Assembly (NCBI GenBank): GCA_965219685.1
Contig: CBDCOH010000002.1
Location: 3,552,001-3,616,000, forward strand
Direction: 5' to 3'
Length of the DNA: 64,000 nt
From: Candidatus Spongiisociaceae bacterium
GTDB lineage: Bacteria > Actinomycetota > Acidimicrobiia > Spongiisociales > Spongiisociaceae
Of this stretch, positions 9,860 through 20,414 are shown piece by piece. Numbering within the stretch: position 1 is the first letter of the stretch; every line of letters starts with the position of its first letter. The translations under genes were made by a program, and so were the position numbers. Under the pieces are notes generated by a model. It searched no databases, was not told the DNA's origin, and saw nothing but the letters and a program-made list of their open reading frames with translations.

Positions 9860-12214
9860 ATGCCCCTGATAGCAAGGCAGCGTTCGCGGTTGGCTGTGCT
9901 GGCCGTGCTCGCCTTGGTGGGTTCGCTTCTTGCCGTTTCTGCGGTGCCTGCGGTCGCCGCCGAGGACGACAAAGCGGAAGAAACGGCTATGTACTCAGCT
10001 TGCGTGGGTGCCGCTGAAGATGACGCCGGGTTCGCCGACATGAGAGGCAACTTCGCCGAAGATGAGGCCAATTGCTTGGCTCACTATGGGATCACTCTGG
10101 GAACCGGAACCGATGAGGACGGCAACTCTGTGTACGGGCCGAGCAGTTCCGTTACCAGGTGGCAGATGGCTCTGTTCCTGAGCCGCGCGGCCGGTCCTGC
10201 GGGTATCGAGTTGCCGATGGCCTCGGATCAGATGCTGTCCGATATCGGCAGCTTGGACGATGCGACCCAGGACGCCATCAACCAGATGGCCGACTTGGGC
10301 ATCATGGCGCCGCGCTCGTCCGGGATGTTCGATCCCAACGGAGTAGTGTCCCGTAAGGATATGGCTGTCCATCTGGTCGGCTTCCTCTCCAAGGCCCTTC
10401 AGGGTCCCGGCAGCGTTTCCCTTGAAAAGCTTCAGAGCGACGACGGTCTCGGTAGCGGCAAGTCGCCGTTCACCGACATCGGTGATGTCTCGGTCAGCGC
10501 TCACGAGGCCATCAGGGATGTCTTCGAGTTGGGCGTGGCCGAAGGTACATCGGCTACGGAATTCTCGCCTGATGCTCCGGTGCGCCGGGACCAGATGGCG
10601 GCGTTCATCACCCGGGCTTTGGCCCACACCAATGCCCGCCCCGCCGGTCTCACTGCACAGGCCGACGCCGGTGGCGACACCGGGACCGAGGTCTCGATCT
10701 CTGTGTCGGTCCGTGACGACGACCACGGAGTGGTGCCTGACGCACTGGTCGGCAGGATCCATACCACCACCCCGGATACGGCGTTCGATGATGCCGGAGA
10801 GTGCGATGACGCAACCGGTGATTGCACGCTCAACACCGGCAACGAGGCCACGGATCCGGACGGCAACGCTGAGCTCCAGGTCACCCTTCCCGATGAGGCT
10901 GGTACCTTGACGGTATGGGTGTGGACCGGTGAGTCCGGTGACGAATTCGACGCCGACACCACCGACTCCGCGATGCTGGAGATTGACGCGGCTCTTCCGG
11001 CCACGACGGTGAAGGTCAGCAACGACAACAAGGCCGGGTCGCAGTTCCTCAAGTTCGGTGACACGGTTACCTACACCTTGCAGGTTGTCAACAGCGAGGG
11101 TGACCCTGTTGCCAAGGCCGGCGCCAAGGTGCAGGTCACGGCTGACGTCCAAACTGTCACTGTCGCAGCAGAAAATACTCCTGCTCTGAGTGACAATGTT
11201 GTCACCGTTACCCCAGGCGGTGTCTCGAGTAGAACCATTAAGACTCACGAGACGGACGCGGCTGGACAGATCGAACTCTCGTTCACCCACGACGATCCCG
11301 ATGGGGACACTGCAGGGAATCGGGTCCAGTTGAGCCTGGCGCTGGTTCTGACGGTTGATGGGGATCTCGAGACGGTGTCGACTGCGGATCTCAACGACCA
11401 TCTCGTTGCCACTGACACCCTTGCGAACACCCCCGACAACGGTGCGGACAACATCGGAGTCATCTGGTCGGACGCCTCTTCGAGGGCCACGACCATTACG
11501 CTCGGTCAAGCGATCAAGTATCACGAGACCAATGCCAACGGGGTTCGCAACACGATCACGGCCACGCTGGTTGACCAGTACGGTGATCCGGTCAGGGGCG
11601 TGAAGGTTGGACTCTGGTCCGGTGTGACCAATACCGATGCGACTACTACTGCCGCAGCGATTCTTCAGGGACTCGGTGGCGGTACTTCGGGCTCGCCGGG
11701 TGCATCAACCGACATCGCCGATAGTCGCACTACCAACAGGAATGGTGTAGCGACCAAGTCGTATACCCGCAATGTTGTGGATGCGGCTCGGGAGCAGGTC
11801 GGTGCTTCGTACAGCGCGGTTGTCGGCTGTGATGACACAGACACCGGCGGCACCCCTCCCTGCACCGATGTGGCTGATGCGATGGATATTGACATTGCCA
11901 TCACCAACGTGGAAACTGGCGACAATGGTCTCGATCACTACTGGGCTACGCGGCTCGGTGTGGGTACGGTGAACGACCAGGTTGTCCTGGTTGCAGATAC
12001 GGACAACAACACGGTTGTGGCCGGCACTGCGACTGCGCCGACGTTGGCGACCTACGATGCCAATGATCACTTCCAGGTCGACGGCGCCAATACCACCATG
12101 GAAGCCTTCGAGAAGGCTCTCGGTGGCGCCGATGACAACGACACGGTGGATATCACTATCACGAGTACTGCTGATAATGCGATCAACACGTTCAACTTCG
12201 AGAACGTGGCCTGA
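9860..12214 (+). CDS. SLH-domain surface protein, paralog 1 (candidate major S-layer protein)
   Basis: Strong purine-rich RBS, signal peptide, YSACVG, three SLH-like repeats, HTNARPAG, DQYGDPV, HYW, INTF; acidic and Thr-rich. Confidence 0.9.
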   Translation: MPLIARQRSRLAVLAVLALVGSLLAVSAVPAVAAEDDKAEETAMYSACVGAAEDDAGFADMRGNFAEDEANCLAHYGITLGTGTDEDGNSVYGPSSSVTRWQMALFLSRAAGPAGIELPMASDQMLSDIGSLDDATQDAINQMADLGIMAPRSSGMFDPNGVVSRKDMAVHLVGFLSKALQGPGSVSLEKLQSDDGLGSGKSPFTDIGDVSVSAHEAIRDVFELGVAEGTSATEFSPDAPVRRDQMAAFITRALAHTNARPAGLTAQADAGGDTGTEVSISVSVRDDDHGVVPDALVGRIHTTTPDTAFDDAGECDDATGDCTLNTGNEATDPDGNAELQVTLPDEAGTLTVWVWTGESGDEFDADTTDSAMLEIDAALPATTVKVSNDNKAGSQFLKFGDTVTYTLQVVNSEGDPVAKAGAKVQVTADVQTVTVAAENTPALSDNVVTVTPGGVSSRTIKTHETDAAGQIELSFTHDDPDGDTAGNRVQLSLALVLTVDGDLETVSTADLNDHLVATDTLANTPDNGADNIGVIWSDASSRATTITLGQAIKYHETNANGVRNTITATLVDQYGDPVRGVKVGLWSGVTNTDATTTAAAILQGLGGGTSGSPGASTDIADSRTTNRNGVATKSYTRNVVDAAREQVGASYSAVVGCDDTDTGGTPPCTDVADAMDIDIAITNVETGDNGLDHYWATRLGVGTVNDQVVLVADTDNNTVVAGTATAPTLATYDANDHFQVDGANTTMEAFEKALGGADDNDTVDITITSTADNAINTFNFENVA

Positions 12215-12236
12215 TCGATCAGAAGCTCTAGAACAC

Positions 12237-12266
12237 GGAGGGTCCCGGCGAGAGCCGGGACCCTCC
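12237..12266 (+). terminator. Strong hairpin after paralog 1
   Basis: GGAGGGTCCCGGC-GAGA-GCCGGGACCCTCC, perfect 13-bp stem. Confidence 0.8.
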
Positions 12267-12440
12267 CGCGTTCCGGCCCGCTCAACTGTTCACAACGCCT
12301 CGCTGACGGCCTTTTCGCCTCGAACCAAGGTCCGTCGCGCTGCTTACGCCTACCTAGTTCGGCGATGCTTTAGTTACCACGAATACGGCGGGTTTCCCGT
12401 TAGGCTGGGTGGCTAGACCACGGACAAGGAGCGAGACCTG

Positions 12441-14558
12441 ATGTTGAGGCGTTCACCGTTGGCCACGCTGGCCCTGCTCTCTCTGGTTGCGACGCTCCTG
12501 GCCCTGCCTGTGATTCCCGCCGCAGGCCGGAACGGGGAGGCGGACGACCTCCCCCTCTACACGGCATGCCCAGCGGCCGCGATCGAGTCCGCCGGATTCG
12601 AGGATGTCGCGGCGAGTAGCGTCGCCAGGGATGCAATCAACTGCATGGTCCACTTCGGGATCATGCCGGGTACCTCCTCCACGACCTTCGAGCCCGGCTT
12701 GGGGGTGACCCGCCAGGAGATGGCCCTGATCCTCATCCGGGCGGCAGGTCCCGCCGGGATCGACGTGCCCCGAGCGCGGGACCAAGGCTTCGATGACATC
12801 AGCCACCTGCCCCGTGAGGTTAGAGACTCCATCAACCAACTTGCCGAGCTGGGTATTACCAGGGGCACCACCGCGTCCACCTACGTTCCCGGCGGGGTGG
12901 TCAACCGCCGCGAGATGGCCCAGTTCTTCACCCGCTTCCTGCGGGAGGCGCCGGTAGGCGAAGGGGGCGTAGACGTCGATTCGGTCATACCGGACGACCG
13001 TGTGTTCACCGATATCGAACTTCTTCCCCACGATCCCTACGACGCCATCCGGCTTATATACGAGTTGGGGGTGACGAAGGGCACCACCGCCACCACCTAC
13101 GGTCCTGACGATCCGGTGACACGGGCGCAGATGGCCCTGTTCGTCAGCCGGATGCTGGCCCACACCAATGCGCGTCCGGCCGGTATCACGGTGCAGGTGG
13201 AGGACGCCTCCGTTACCGCTGAAGACACGGTCGACCTCGTGGTGTCCCTCCGGGACGATGACCACCTACCGATGGTCGACGAGCCGATCGACCTCTTCTA
13301 CGTGGCTGCGGGCGACGAGGGCTTCTCCTCTAGCGGCAGGTGCAGCAGCAAGGCGATCATCGAGGCGGGCAGCAGCCGGTGCGCCATCGACCTCGGTGAC
13401 GAGACCACTGACGGCGACGGGAACCTGTTCTACACGATGGAGATTCCCGAAAGCCTGGCGGTTTACGCCTGGACCGGCGACCGCAACGACCGCTTCGATA
13501 TTGACAGCACCGACCATGCCACCCTGAATATTGCCGCGTCCAAGAATCCCGACGGGTTCCTGCTCACCGACAACATGCGCGAAGGCGCGGAGCGACTTCC
13601 GTTCGGGACGACCGTTACCTTCACCTTCCAGGTGGTGGACGAGGACCTCAACCCGGTAGCCGTGGAAGACGCAGAGATCCGCATCCGGACCGAGGAGTGG
13701 AACGACGGCCGCCGGGGTCCGGACCGGACCAGGACCTACACCACCGACTCTTCGGGTCGGGTGCAACTCACCTTCCGTCTCAGCGACCCGGACCCGGACC
13801 GCAACGATCCCCACGGGGAACTCAACCTCGAGGTTCTACGGCATGACTACACGAGGCTGACGGACAAGAGCACGGTAGAGATCGACACCACGGCCAACCG
13901 GCTACGATGGTCGGACGACGACCCTGAACCCAGGACCCTGCTGCTTGAGCAGAGATCGGTGTACAGCAGGGCGACCGCCTCGGGAAGCGCCCACAACCGG
14001 GTGACCGCCACCCTGCTCGACCAGTATGGCGATCCGGTGCGGGGCGTGCGGATCCACTTCACCTCGGGCGACGCGAACGGTCTGTGGTCGAAAGACGGAA
14101 ACGGCACCGACGCTCAGAACGCCTACCGCAAGACCACCAGCAGGCGGGGAGTGGCCACGGTGAACTACACCCGCAACTCGGCCGCCTCGACGATAGAGAT
14201 GATCGATGCACGCGCCGAGAACTGCAGCACATGCAGCAGAACAATCGATCACTACTGGGTGAAGGACACGCCCACGAACCTGCAGGAAGACGGTGTCATG
14301 GTCCGTCACTACGACGCTGATGCGGATACGTTGGTGTTCGAAGTTACCAGCGGCGGGAACGCTGGCGTGTACGCGATCACCTTTGACTCGTTCGACCACT
14401 TCTACGAATTCGATAGCACCACCAGTACGGACGTGCCGATCAGCTACCAGGCGTTCAAAGAGGCGCTGGCCGAGTACACGACTACGGATGCGACCCTCGA
14501 CGTGAACATAATCGGCAGCGATGCCGACGACGTGAACCGGTTCGAGTTGCAGCCTTAA
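12441..14558 (+). CDS. SLH-domain surface protein, paralog 2
   Basis: Same architecture: YTACP, TRAQMALF, HTNARPAG, DQYGDPV, HYW, VNRF. Confidence 0.9.
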   Translation: MLRRSPLATLALLSLVATLLALPVIPAAGRNGEADDLPLYTACPAAAIESAGFEDVAASSVARDAINCMVHFGIMPGTSSTTFEPGLGVTRQEMALILIRAAGPAGIDVPRARDQGFDDISHLPREVRDSINQLAELGITRGTTASTYVPGGVVNRREMAQFFTRFLREAPVGEGGVDVDSVIPDDRVFTDIELLPHDPYDAIRLIYELGVTKGTTATTYGPDDPVTRAQMALFVSRMLAHTNARPAGITVQVEDASVTAEDTVDLVVSLRDDDHLPMVDEPIDLFYVAAGDEGFSSSGRCSSKAIIEAGSSRCAIDLGDETTDGDGNLFYTMEIPESLAVYAWTGDRNDRFDIDSTDHATLNIAASKNPDGFLLTDNMREGAERLPFGTTVTFTFQVVDEDLNPVAVEDAEIRIRTEEWNDGRRGPDRTRTYTTDSSGRVQLTFRLSDPDPDRNDPHGELNLEVLRHDYTRLTDKSTVEIDTTANRLRWSDDDPEPRTLLLEQRSVYSRATASGSAHNRVTATLLDQYGDPVRGVRIHFTSGDANGLWSKDGNGTDAQNAYRKTTSRRGVATVNYTRNSAASTIEMIDARAENCSTCSRTIDHYWVKDTPTNLQEDGVMVRHYDADADTLVFEVTSGGNAGVYAITFDSFDHFYEFDSTTSTDVPISYQAFKEALAEYTTTDATLDVNIIGSDADDVNRFELQP

Positions 14559-14575
14559 CACCACTCCACCCACCA

Positions 14576-14604
14576 GGTGCGGGGAGCCGACGCCTCCCCG
14601 CACC
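14576..14604 (+). terminator. Hairpin after paralog 2
   Basis: GGTGCGGGGAG-7nt-CTCCCCGCACC. Confidence 0.75.
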
Positions 14605-14734
14605 CTCTCCCCCGCTCAGAACGTGAGGCGCAGGTCGTCGCTCCGGTCGTTCCGAGACTCACGTTCGCACGAGACCGCCAGGTCGTGTTGTGGGTGGCCT
14701 AACATGTGTTCACACGAGGAGAGGAGGGACTCCC

Positions 14735-16870
14735 GTGAACTGTCAGGTTTTCATGTCCGTGCCGGCCGCTGGTCTTCGGTCGGCAGTAAGCCTCCCAGGA
14801 ACGGGAAGGGCAGGGTACCGTAAGCGGTGGATGCCGCTGGCTGTCCTGGCGCTTTCGGGTTCTCTACTGGTAGCCTCAGCCGCGCCGGTGCTAGGCGTGG
14901 TAGGTGTTACGGACCATACGGCCCGGCTCTCCGCTTGCGTGGGCGCGGCTCTTGATCCGGCTGGCTTCCACGACACGGAGGGCAGCTTCGCCGAGGAGGC
15001 GGCCGACTGCCTCGCCCACTACGGGATCACCTTGGGGACCAGCCCGGAGATGTTCTCGCCCGGGCAGGTGGTGACTCGCGAGCAGATGGCCCTGTTCCTG
15101 GCGCGGGCGGCGGGTCCGGCCGGGTTCGAGCTACCGGAGGTCTCCGATCAGGGATTCACCGACCTCGACGCCGGGTCCGTCGGCCATGATGCCATCAGCC
15201 AACTGGCCGAGCTCGGAATAGTGGAGGGAACCTCGACCACCGCCTTTGACCCGCAGGGCCCGGTTACCCGCGAGCTGATGGCGTTATGGCTGGCCCGGTT
15301 CCTCAGCGCCGCCCCCACCGGTCCGGGAGGTACGGACATCGATCATGTCGAACCCGATGACGACCACTTCACGGACATCTCCTCGGTCGACTTCAGGACC
15401 CGCGCCGCCATCCGCAAGATCTACGAGATGGGTGTGACCCAAGGGACGTCGGCCTTCACGTTCTCGCCCGCCAAGGAGGTAACACGGGGACAGATGGCCG
15501 TGTTCATCAGCCGCATGCTGGCTCACACCCACGCCCGCCCGGCCGGGTTGACCATCCAGGCAGCCGAGCCGGCACTCTCCGGGGATTCCGATGTCACGGT
15601 GTCGATCTCCTACCGGGACGAGCACCATCGACCCCGGGCGGCCCGGATGGTAGACGTTTTCGCGTCCACGAACCCCGGAATGGCCTTCGACGACGCCGGC
15701 CGATGCACCGGCCACGTCTTCTCGCTGATAGGGCCCGGACAGGCTTGCGTGATGGATAGCTCGGACCACATCACGAGCCCCTCCGGGTACCTGCGGACCG
15801 ATATGGATCTGGCGGATGTCGGCGCGCTGCGGGTCTGGGCCTGGCAAGGTCCCAATGGCACCCTGTACGACGACGACGCCGAAAGGGAGGCGGTCCTCGA
15901 CATCAGGACCCTCAGTTTCCCAATGGCCCTAGAAGTTAGCGACGACATGCGGCCCACCGCCCGCAAGCTCCGCCTGGGCGACACGGTGACGTTCACGTTC
16001 CGGCTGGTCGATGCTGACGGCGCCCCCGTAGCCAAGCCGGGCGTGAAGTTCAGCCTCGGTTTTGAGCAGTCAGTGAACGGGCACAGCCTCGGGCTCCGCA
16101 CCATCGTCAAAGAGACCGCCTCGGACGGCTCGTTCGAGATGGAGTTCCGTCGAGTGGATCAGAACCCCGAGCCCGAGGACCTGGGTGACATAGCGCAGTT
16201 GGACCTTGATGTTCTGGACAGCGGCATGCTGGGGGTGAAAGACAGGACGACCCTCGGGATGCTGGCGAACGACGGCACCAGCGATGACAGTCTGCTCGAC
16301 TGGTCGGACGAGGAGGGAGTGACCACATCCCTCACGCTGTCCCTGCCGGAGGATTACGTCGTAGCCTCCTCGGAGGGCAGCGGTGCGAGCAACAGGGCAC
16401 GGGCGAGCCTCACCGATCAGTACGGATCCGGAGTGGCTCGTGGCGGGGCGATAACCTTCACGTCCACCGACCCCTCGGTGGCGCCTAACAATGTCAACCG
16501 CGCCGCCAATGTGGGAGGGGTGGCCATCCTCGATTACCACCGGGACTCCGACTCCGGCGCCACGGAGTGGATCACTGCCCGGTCCGGCACGCTCACGGCC
16601 GGGGCCCGCCAATACTGGGCCGGCCGCATCCCCGCGGGCACCGGCGGTTCCGGAGAGGTAGTGGTGGTCGACCCCGGCAACAACCGGGCGGTGCTGTTGA
16701 GCGGCGACGATGTCTGGCTCGTGGAGTACAGCTTCGCCGACCGCTTCGAGATCGGCGGCGAACGCGTCCGGATCTCCACCTTCGAGGACACCTTGACGGT
16801 GGGGAACACCCTCGCCTTCGAGATCTCACCATCCGGCGCAGCCAACACCTACACCCTCACCAGCCGCTAA
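14735..16870 (+). CDS. SLH-domain surface protein, paralog 3 (start uncertain)
   Basis: LSACVG, SLH repeats, HTHARPAG, DQYG, QYW, ANTY. GTG follows GGAGAGGAGG. Confidence 0.88.
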   Translation: MNCQVFMSVPAAGLRSAVSLPGTGRAGYRKRWMPLAVLALSGSLLVASAAPVLGVVGVTDHTARLSACVGAALDPAGFHDTEGSFAEEAADCLAHYGITLGTSPEMFSPGQVVTREQMALFLARAAGPAGFELPEVSDQGFTDLDAGSVGHDAISQLAELGIVEGTSTTAFDPQGPVTRELMALWLARFLSAAPTGPGGTDIDHVEPDDDHFTDISSVDFRTRAAIRKIYEMGVTQGTSAFTFSPAKEVTRGQMAVFISRMLAHTHARPAGLTIQAAEPALSGDSDVTVSISYRDEHHRPRAARMVDVFASTNPGMAFDDAGRCTGHVFSLIGPGQACVMDSSDHITSPSGYLRTDMDLADVGALRVWAWQGPNGTLYDDDAEREAVLDIRTLSFPMALEVSDDMRPTARKLRLGDTVTFTFRLVDADGAPVAKPGVKFSLGFEQSVNGHSLGLRTIVKETASDGSFEMEFRRVDQNPEPEDLGDIAQLDLDVLDSGMLGVKDRTTLGMLANDGTSDDSLLDWSDEEGVTTSLTLSLPEDYVVASSEGSGASNRARASLTDQYGSGVARGGAITFTSTDPSVAPNNVNRAANVGGVAILDYHRDSDSGATEWITARSGTLTAGARQYWAGRIPAGTGGSGEVVVVDPGNNRAVLLSGDDVWLVEYSFADRFEIGGERVRISTFEDTLTVGNTLAFEISPSGAANTYTLTSR

Positions 16871-17247
16871 TCTCCCCAGGACGCGCGCCAGCCGCCACGC
16901 GCCGGAGGAAGGGGCTAGTCAAGGCCGCCGGTTAGTCCTTATAGTTCGGACGAGAGCCAGAGAGAAGAACTTGCGTGACCGCGATCACCGAACGGCTGGT
17001 CGATGCCACAGAGCAGGCCCGCGAAGCCGCGTCCCACACCAATCTCGCGCAAGCCACGCACTCCTTCGAGAAACGGGTCAATCCAGGTCGGCTTCCGTAT
17101 CATCGCGATCGTGATACACGCCAAGATCGCCTCGCAGCCCTAGTGTTAGCCTTCCTCAATCGACCAACGCCGCCGCTGGCGGCTTGTAGATTCTGATGCG
17201 ATAGTCTAACGTAGATAGCACTACATCATTGCGATGGAGAGGTAGAA

Positions 17248-18603
17248 GTGACAGCTGAGGTCGCCATCCTCAACCGTGAAGCCGTTGCCATGGCCGCCGA
17301 CAGTGCTCTCACGCTGGGCGGGCCTGTCGGCAAGGTCTACAACAGTGCCAACAAGCTCTTTGCCCTGTCGAGGCTGGAACCAGTGGCTGTCATGGTCTAC
17401 GGAGCGGGTTCGTTCGAGGGAATCCCCTGGGCGACGGTTGTCAAGGAGTATCGCCGTAAGTTGGCTGCAGGCACATTTGCAACGATCGAGGACTACGCGT
17501 CGGATTTCATCGGATACCTCTCATCCCTGGTACATCACATGCCGGCCGACTTCCGGCGACGAAGTGTTCTTCTGAGGGTGTCCTGGGAGCTCGACCAGCT
17601 ACGGGATGCGATTGACGCCAAGGTATCCGGCGATCTTTCCGATGACAACCAGGTGACTGATCACATACTGGATCGGATTGAGTCGAGGATCGGCCAGCTA
17701 GAAGCGGAGGGTGATGAGACCGGGCCCGATGAGTCGGCGGCTGTTCAAGAGTTCAACGAGGCCATTGACGACTGGGACGGTTTGATTATGACGTTCCTGA
17801 AGGATTTGCCAGCGACGGATACTGTCAAGGAGAGGGCCCGGGCCATGGTGTGTACCTCGCTGCGGGTCGCCACTTGGTCGCCGGCATCGTCCGGTGTCGT
17901 TGTCGCCGGCTTCGGGACTTCACAGCTGTTTCCGGCCCTTTCCCACCACTTGGTAGATGGCATCCTCGTGGACCGGGTCCGAGTTCGTCAGATTCAGGGG
18001 GTCCAGATTGGTTGGCAGCAGTCTGCTGTGATCTGTCCGTTCGCGCAGCAGGACATGGTGCAAACATTCATGGACGGTCTACATCCGGACTTTCCACACG
18101 CGCTTGGCGGGTTCATTGATGAAACGATGCGGCTGTACGCGAGTCACTTCGGCGAGCAGGTTCAGAATGCTCTTCCCTCCGACGAGTACGGGGGACTGAT
18201 GGAAAGGATGGCCACGGCGAGATCCGAGACTGTCAAATGGTTCCAGGAGCAGATGAGGGATCTGCTGGAGCAGCAACATTCAGGTCCGATCATGTCGATC
18301 GTTAGTATGTTGCCCAAGGAGGAACTGGCGGAGATGGCCGAAGCGCTCGTCAACCTCACGTCTCTTAAGAGGCGGGTCACTCCGGAGGACGAGACCGTAG
18401 GCGGTCCGGTCGATGTTGCGGTGATCTCGAAAGGTGATGGACTTATCTGGATCAAGCGCAAGCACTACTTCGCCCCAGAGCTGAACCACCGGTTTTTCGA
18501 CCGTGACCAAGATCTGTCAACAGGTAAGACAGGTAGCCTTTCTTGCCGAAGGGCTCCGGACGATCGGACTGAAGATCGGGACGGGACAGGAGGCAGGTTA
18601 TGA
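17248..18603 (+). CDS. Proteasome-beta-like Ntn-hydrolase-fold protein
   Basis: N-terminal (M)TAEVAILNREAVAMAADS, NKLF, C-terminal TVGGPVDVAVI; RBS GGAGAGG. Confidence 0.7.
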   Translation: MTAEVAILNREAVAMAADSALTLGGPVGKVYNSANKLFALSRLEPVAVMVYGAGSFEGIPWATVVKEYRRKLAAGTFATIEDYASDFIGYLSSLVHHMPADFRRRSVLLRVSWELDQLRDAIDAKVSGDLSDDNQVTDHILDRIESRIGQLEAEGDETGPDESAAVQEFNEAIDDWDGLIMTFLKDLPATDTVKERARAMVCTSLRVATWSPASSGVVVAGFGTSQLFPALSHHLVDGILVDRVRVRQIQGVQIGWQQSAVICPFAQQDMVQTFMDGLHPDFPHALGGFIDETMRLYASHFGEQVQNALPSDEYGGLMERMATARSETVKWFQEQMRDLLEQQHSGPIMSIVSMLPKEELAEMAEALVNLTSLKRRVTPEDETVGGPVDVAVISKGDGLIWIKRKHYFAPELNHRFFDRDQDLSTGKTGSLSCRRAPDDRTEDRDGTGGRL

Positions 18604-18782
18604 ATAGAAACATGGAAGAGGAGCTTCATCGAGTGATGGTCGAGAAGAACCGTCCTCCGCACCGCACGGTGTTCAATCCGGGTGATGACCCGGAGGAATT
18701 CGGGCGTCGTGCTGCCCGAGATCTGTTCGATCGGTACATCAGGCACGCGACCAGCACCCCCGCGCAGTCTAAGAAGGGCTGA
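18600..18782 (+). CDS. Small hypothetical protein translationally coupled to the Ntn hydrolase
   Basis: ATGA overlap at 18600-18603, GGAGG upstream. Confidence 0.5.
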   Translation: MNRNMEEELHRVMVEKNRPPHRTVFNPGDDPEEFGRRAARDLFDRYIRHATSTPAQSKKG

Positions 18783-18845
18783 ACGCACCCACCAAACCTG
18801 GTACTTCGCTGCAAGGCAGGAGTCACGTCCACCGACCCATCCGCA

Positions 18846-19236
18846 ATGTCGAACAACATCAACCGTTCCGCCAGTGTGGGCGGCGTGGCCAGCTTCGACT
18901 ACCGGCGAGACTCCGACTCCGGCGCCACCGAGACGATCACCGCCCGGCACGGCACCCTCACGGCCACGGCCCGCCAGTACTGGGCTGCCCGGATCCCCGC
19001 CGGCGCCAGCGGTTCGGGAGAGGTGGTGGTGGTCGACCCCGGTAACAACCGGGCGGTGGTTGTGACCGGCGATGACGTCTGGCTCGTGGAGTAACAGCTC
19101 CGCCGATCGCTTCGAGATCGACGGCGAACGCGTCCGCATCTCCATCTTCGAGGATGCCATGACCGTAGGGGATACGCTCAGCTACGAGATCTCACCCTCC
19201 GGCACAGCCAACACCTACACCCTCACCAGCCGCTGA
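18846..19236 (+). pseudogene. Duplicated 3' end of SLH paralog 3, frameshifted
   Basis: Closely matches ~16488-16870 (NNINR...QYWAARIP...NTYTLTSR*). 1-bp insertion makes TAA at 19092-19094. Confidence 0.85.
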
Positions 19237-19487
19237 TCCCCCAAGGCTCGCCCAGCCGACATGGGCTTCGAAAGGGGCTAGTCAAGGCCAGCGGTAGCTC
19301 TTATATTCCCAAGAAGAGGTCAGCGCGGGAGGGGTAGCCAGTGACCGCAGTCACCGGGGCCGTGGTCGATGTCGAAGACCAGGCTCGCTAAGCCGAGCCC
19401 CGTACGATCTTCGCATAGGCATTGAACGCCCGCAGATCGGCAACATCTGAGCGGTGATACAGTCCCTCGCGACAAAAGGAGCAGGAA

Positions 19488-19832
19488 GTGGCATCCACGA
19501 CTGTCACAACCAGAACACAGCCGACTGCTGGCGCGTCCACCGTAGGGAGTGCATCCCCGACCCTATCGGCGGACCGGTTACGGGATGTTGAGCAGCAGAT
19601 CCAGAGAATGGTTGTTCTGCTGGCGCCACATCGGCGTGATCTCGACCTACTAGGTCAAGTCTTGAGACGTTGGGCAGCAACGCAGCCACCCTCCCCTTAC
19701 GAGCACATAAGGGAGGCGTTCGCCGAGCAGGCTAACGATATCCGGTGCCATTGGGAACAGGTGGGCTTCTACCTTCAGAGAGCCCTAGACGACTTCGAGA
19801 CAAGACCGGAACGTCGACCTCCGTCGGGCTAG
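19488..19832 (+). CDS. Hypothetical protein
   Basis: 114-aa ORF with AAGGAG upstream; no family recognised. Confidence 0.45.
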   Translation: MASTTVTTRTQPTAGASTVGSASPTLSADRLRDVEQQIQRMVVLLAPHRRDLDLLGQVLRRWAATQPPSPYEHIREAFAEQANDIRCHWEQVGFYLQRALDDFETRPERRPPSG

Positions 19833-19908
19833 GGTGCTGGCCCGTTGAGCATCCACGGTAGGAGTTCGTCTTGCCGCTCGTGTAACACCCGCGGATAATT
19901 TCATCAGG

Positions 19909-20166
19909 GTGATTCCATCGGAGGGAGATGTGATGCAGGCAGAGGCTACGGCTGTACGTTCCCGGAAGGAAGAGGTGTTCGCGGTCTTCGAGCAACGCGA
20001 GAAGGCACAGAAGCCTCCATTCGACGACGTGCTCGTGTTGTTCCACCACATGAGGGATCGCGGCTCCGACATCGACGACGTCGGGCTGGCTGTAGCGATC
20101 AGTCGCCTCGTACGCGAAGGAAGACTCCGCTATGCCCTCGACGGCATCCGGGTGATTCATCGGTGA
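19909..20166 (+). CDS. Small hypothetical protein (possible winged helix); start may be ~19930
   Basis: GGAGGGAG upstream of an internal start; AISRLVREGRL motif. Confidence 0.45.
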   Translation: MIPSEGDVMQAEATAVRSRKEEVFAVFEQREKAQKPPFDDVLVLFHHMRDRGSDIDDVGLAVAISRLVREGRLRYALDGIRVIHR

Positions 20167-20414
20167 GCGGTCGGTAAGGCCGACTCCGCCGATCAAGTCT
20201 CGGTGATCCTCGAGAGAGCGTCCACGGGTATGGGAGTTCTTGACCGCTGAACGAACCAAGCTGACTCCGAGGCATCCCGGGACGGTCTCGTCGAACCGGA
20301 GATTGCGTTCTGACCCGGATTCGCCTGGAACCCTTCCCGGCACGGTCGGTCGCCCCACAAGGTTGATCGGCCGTTATCCTGGGAGGTAGAACGCGAAAAA
20401 CGTGGGAGGAACTG

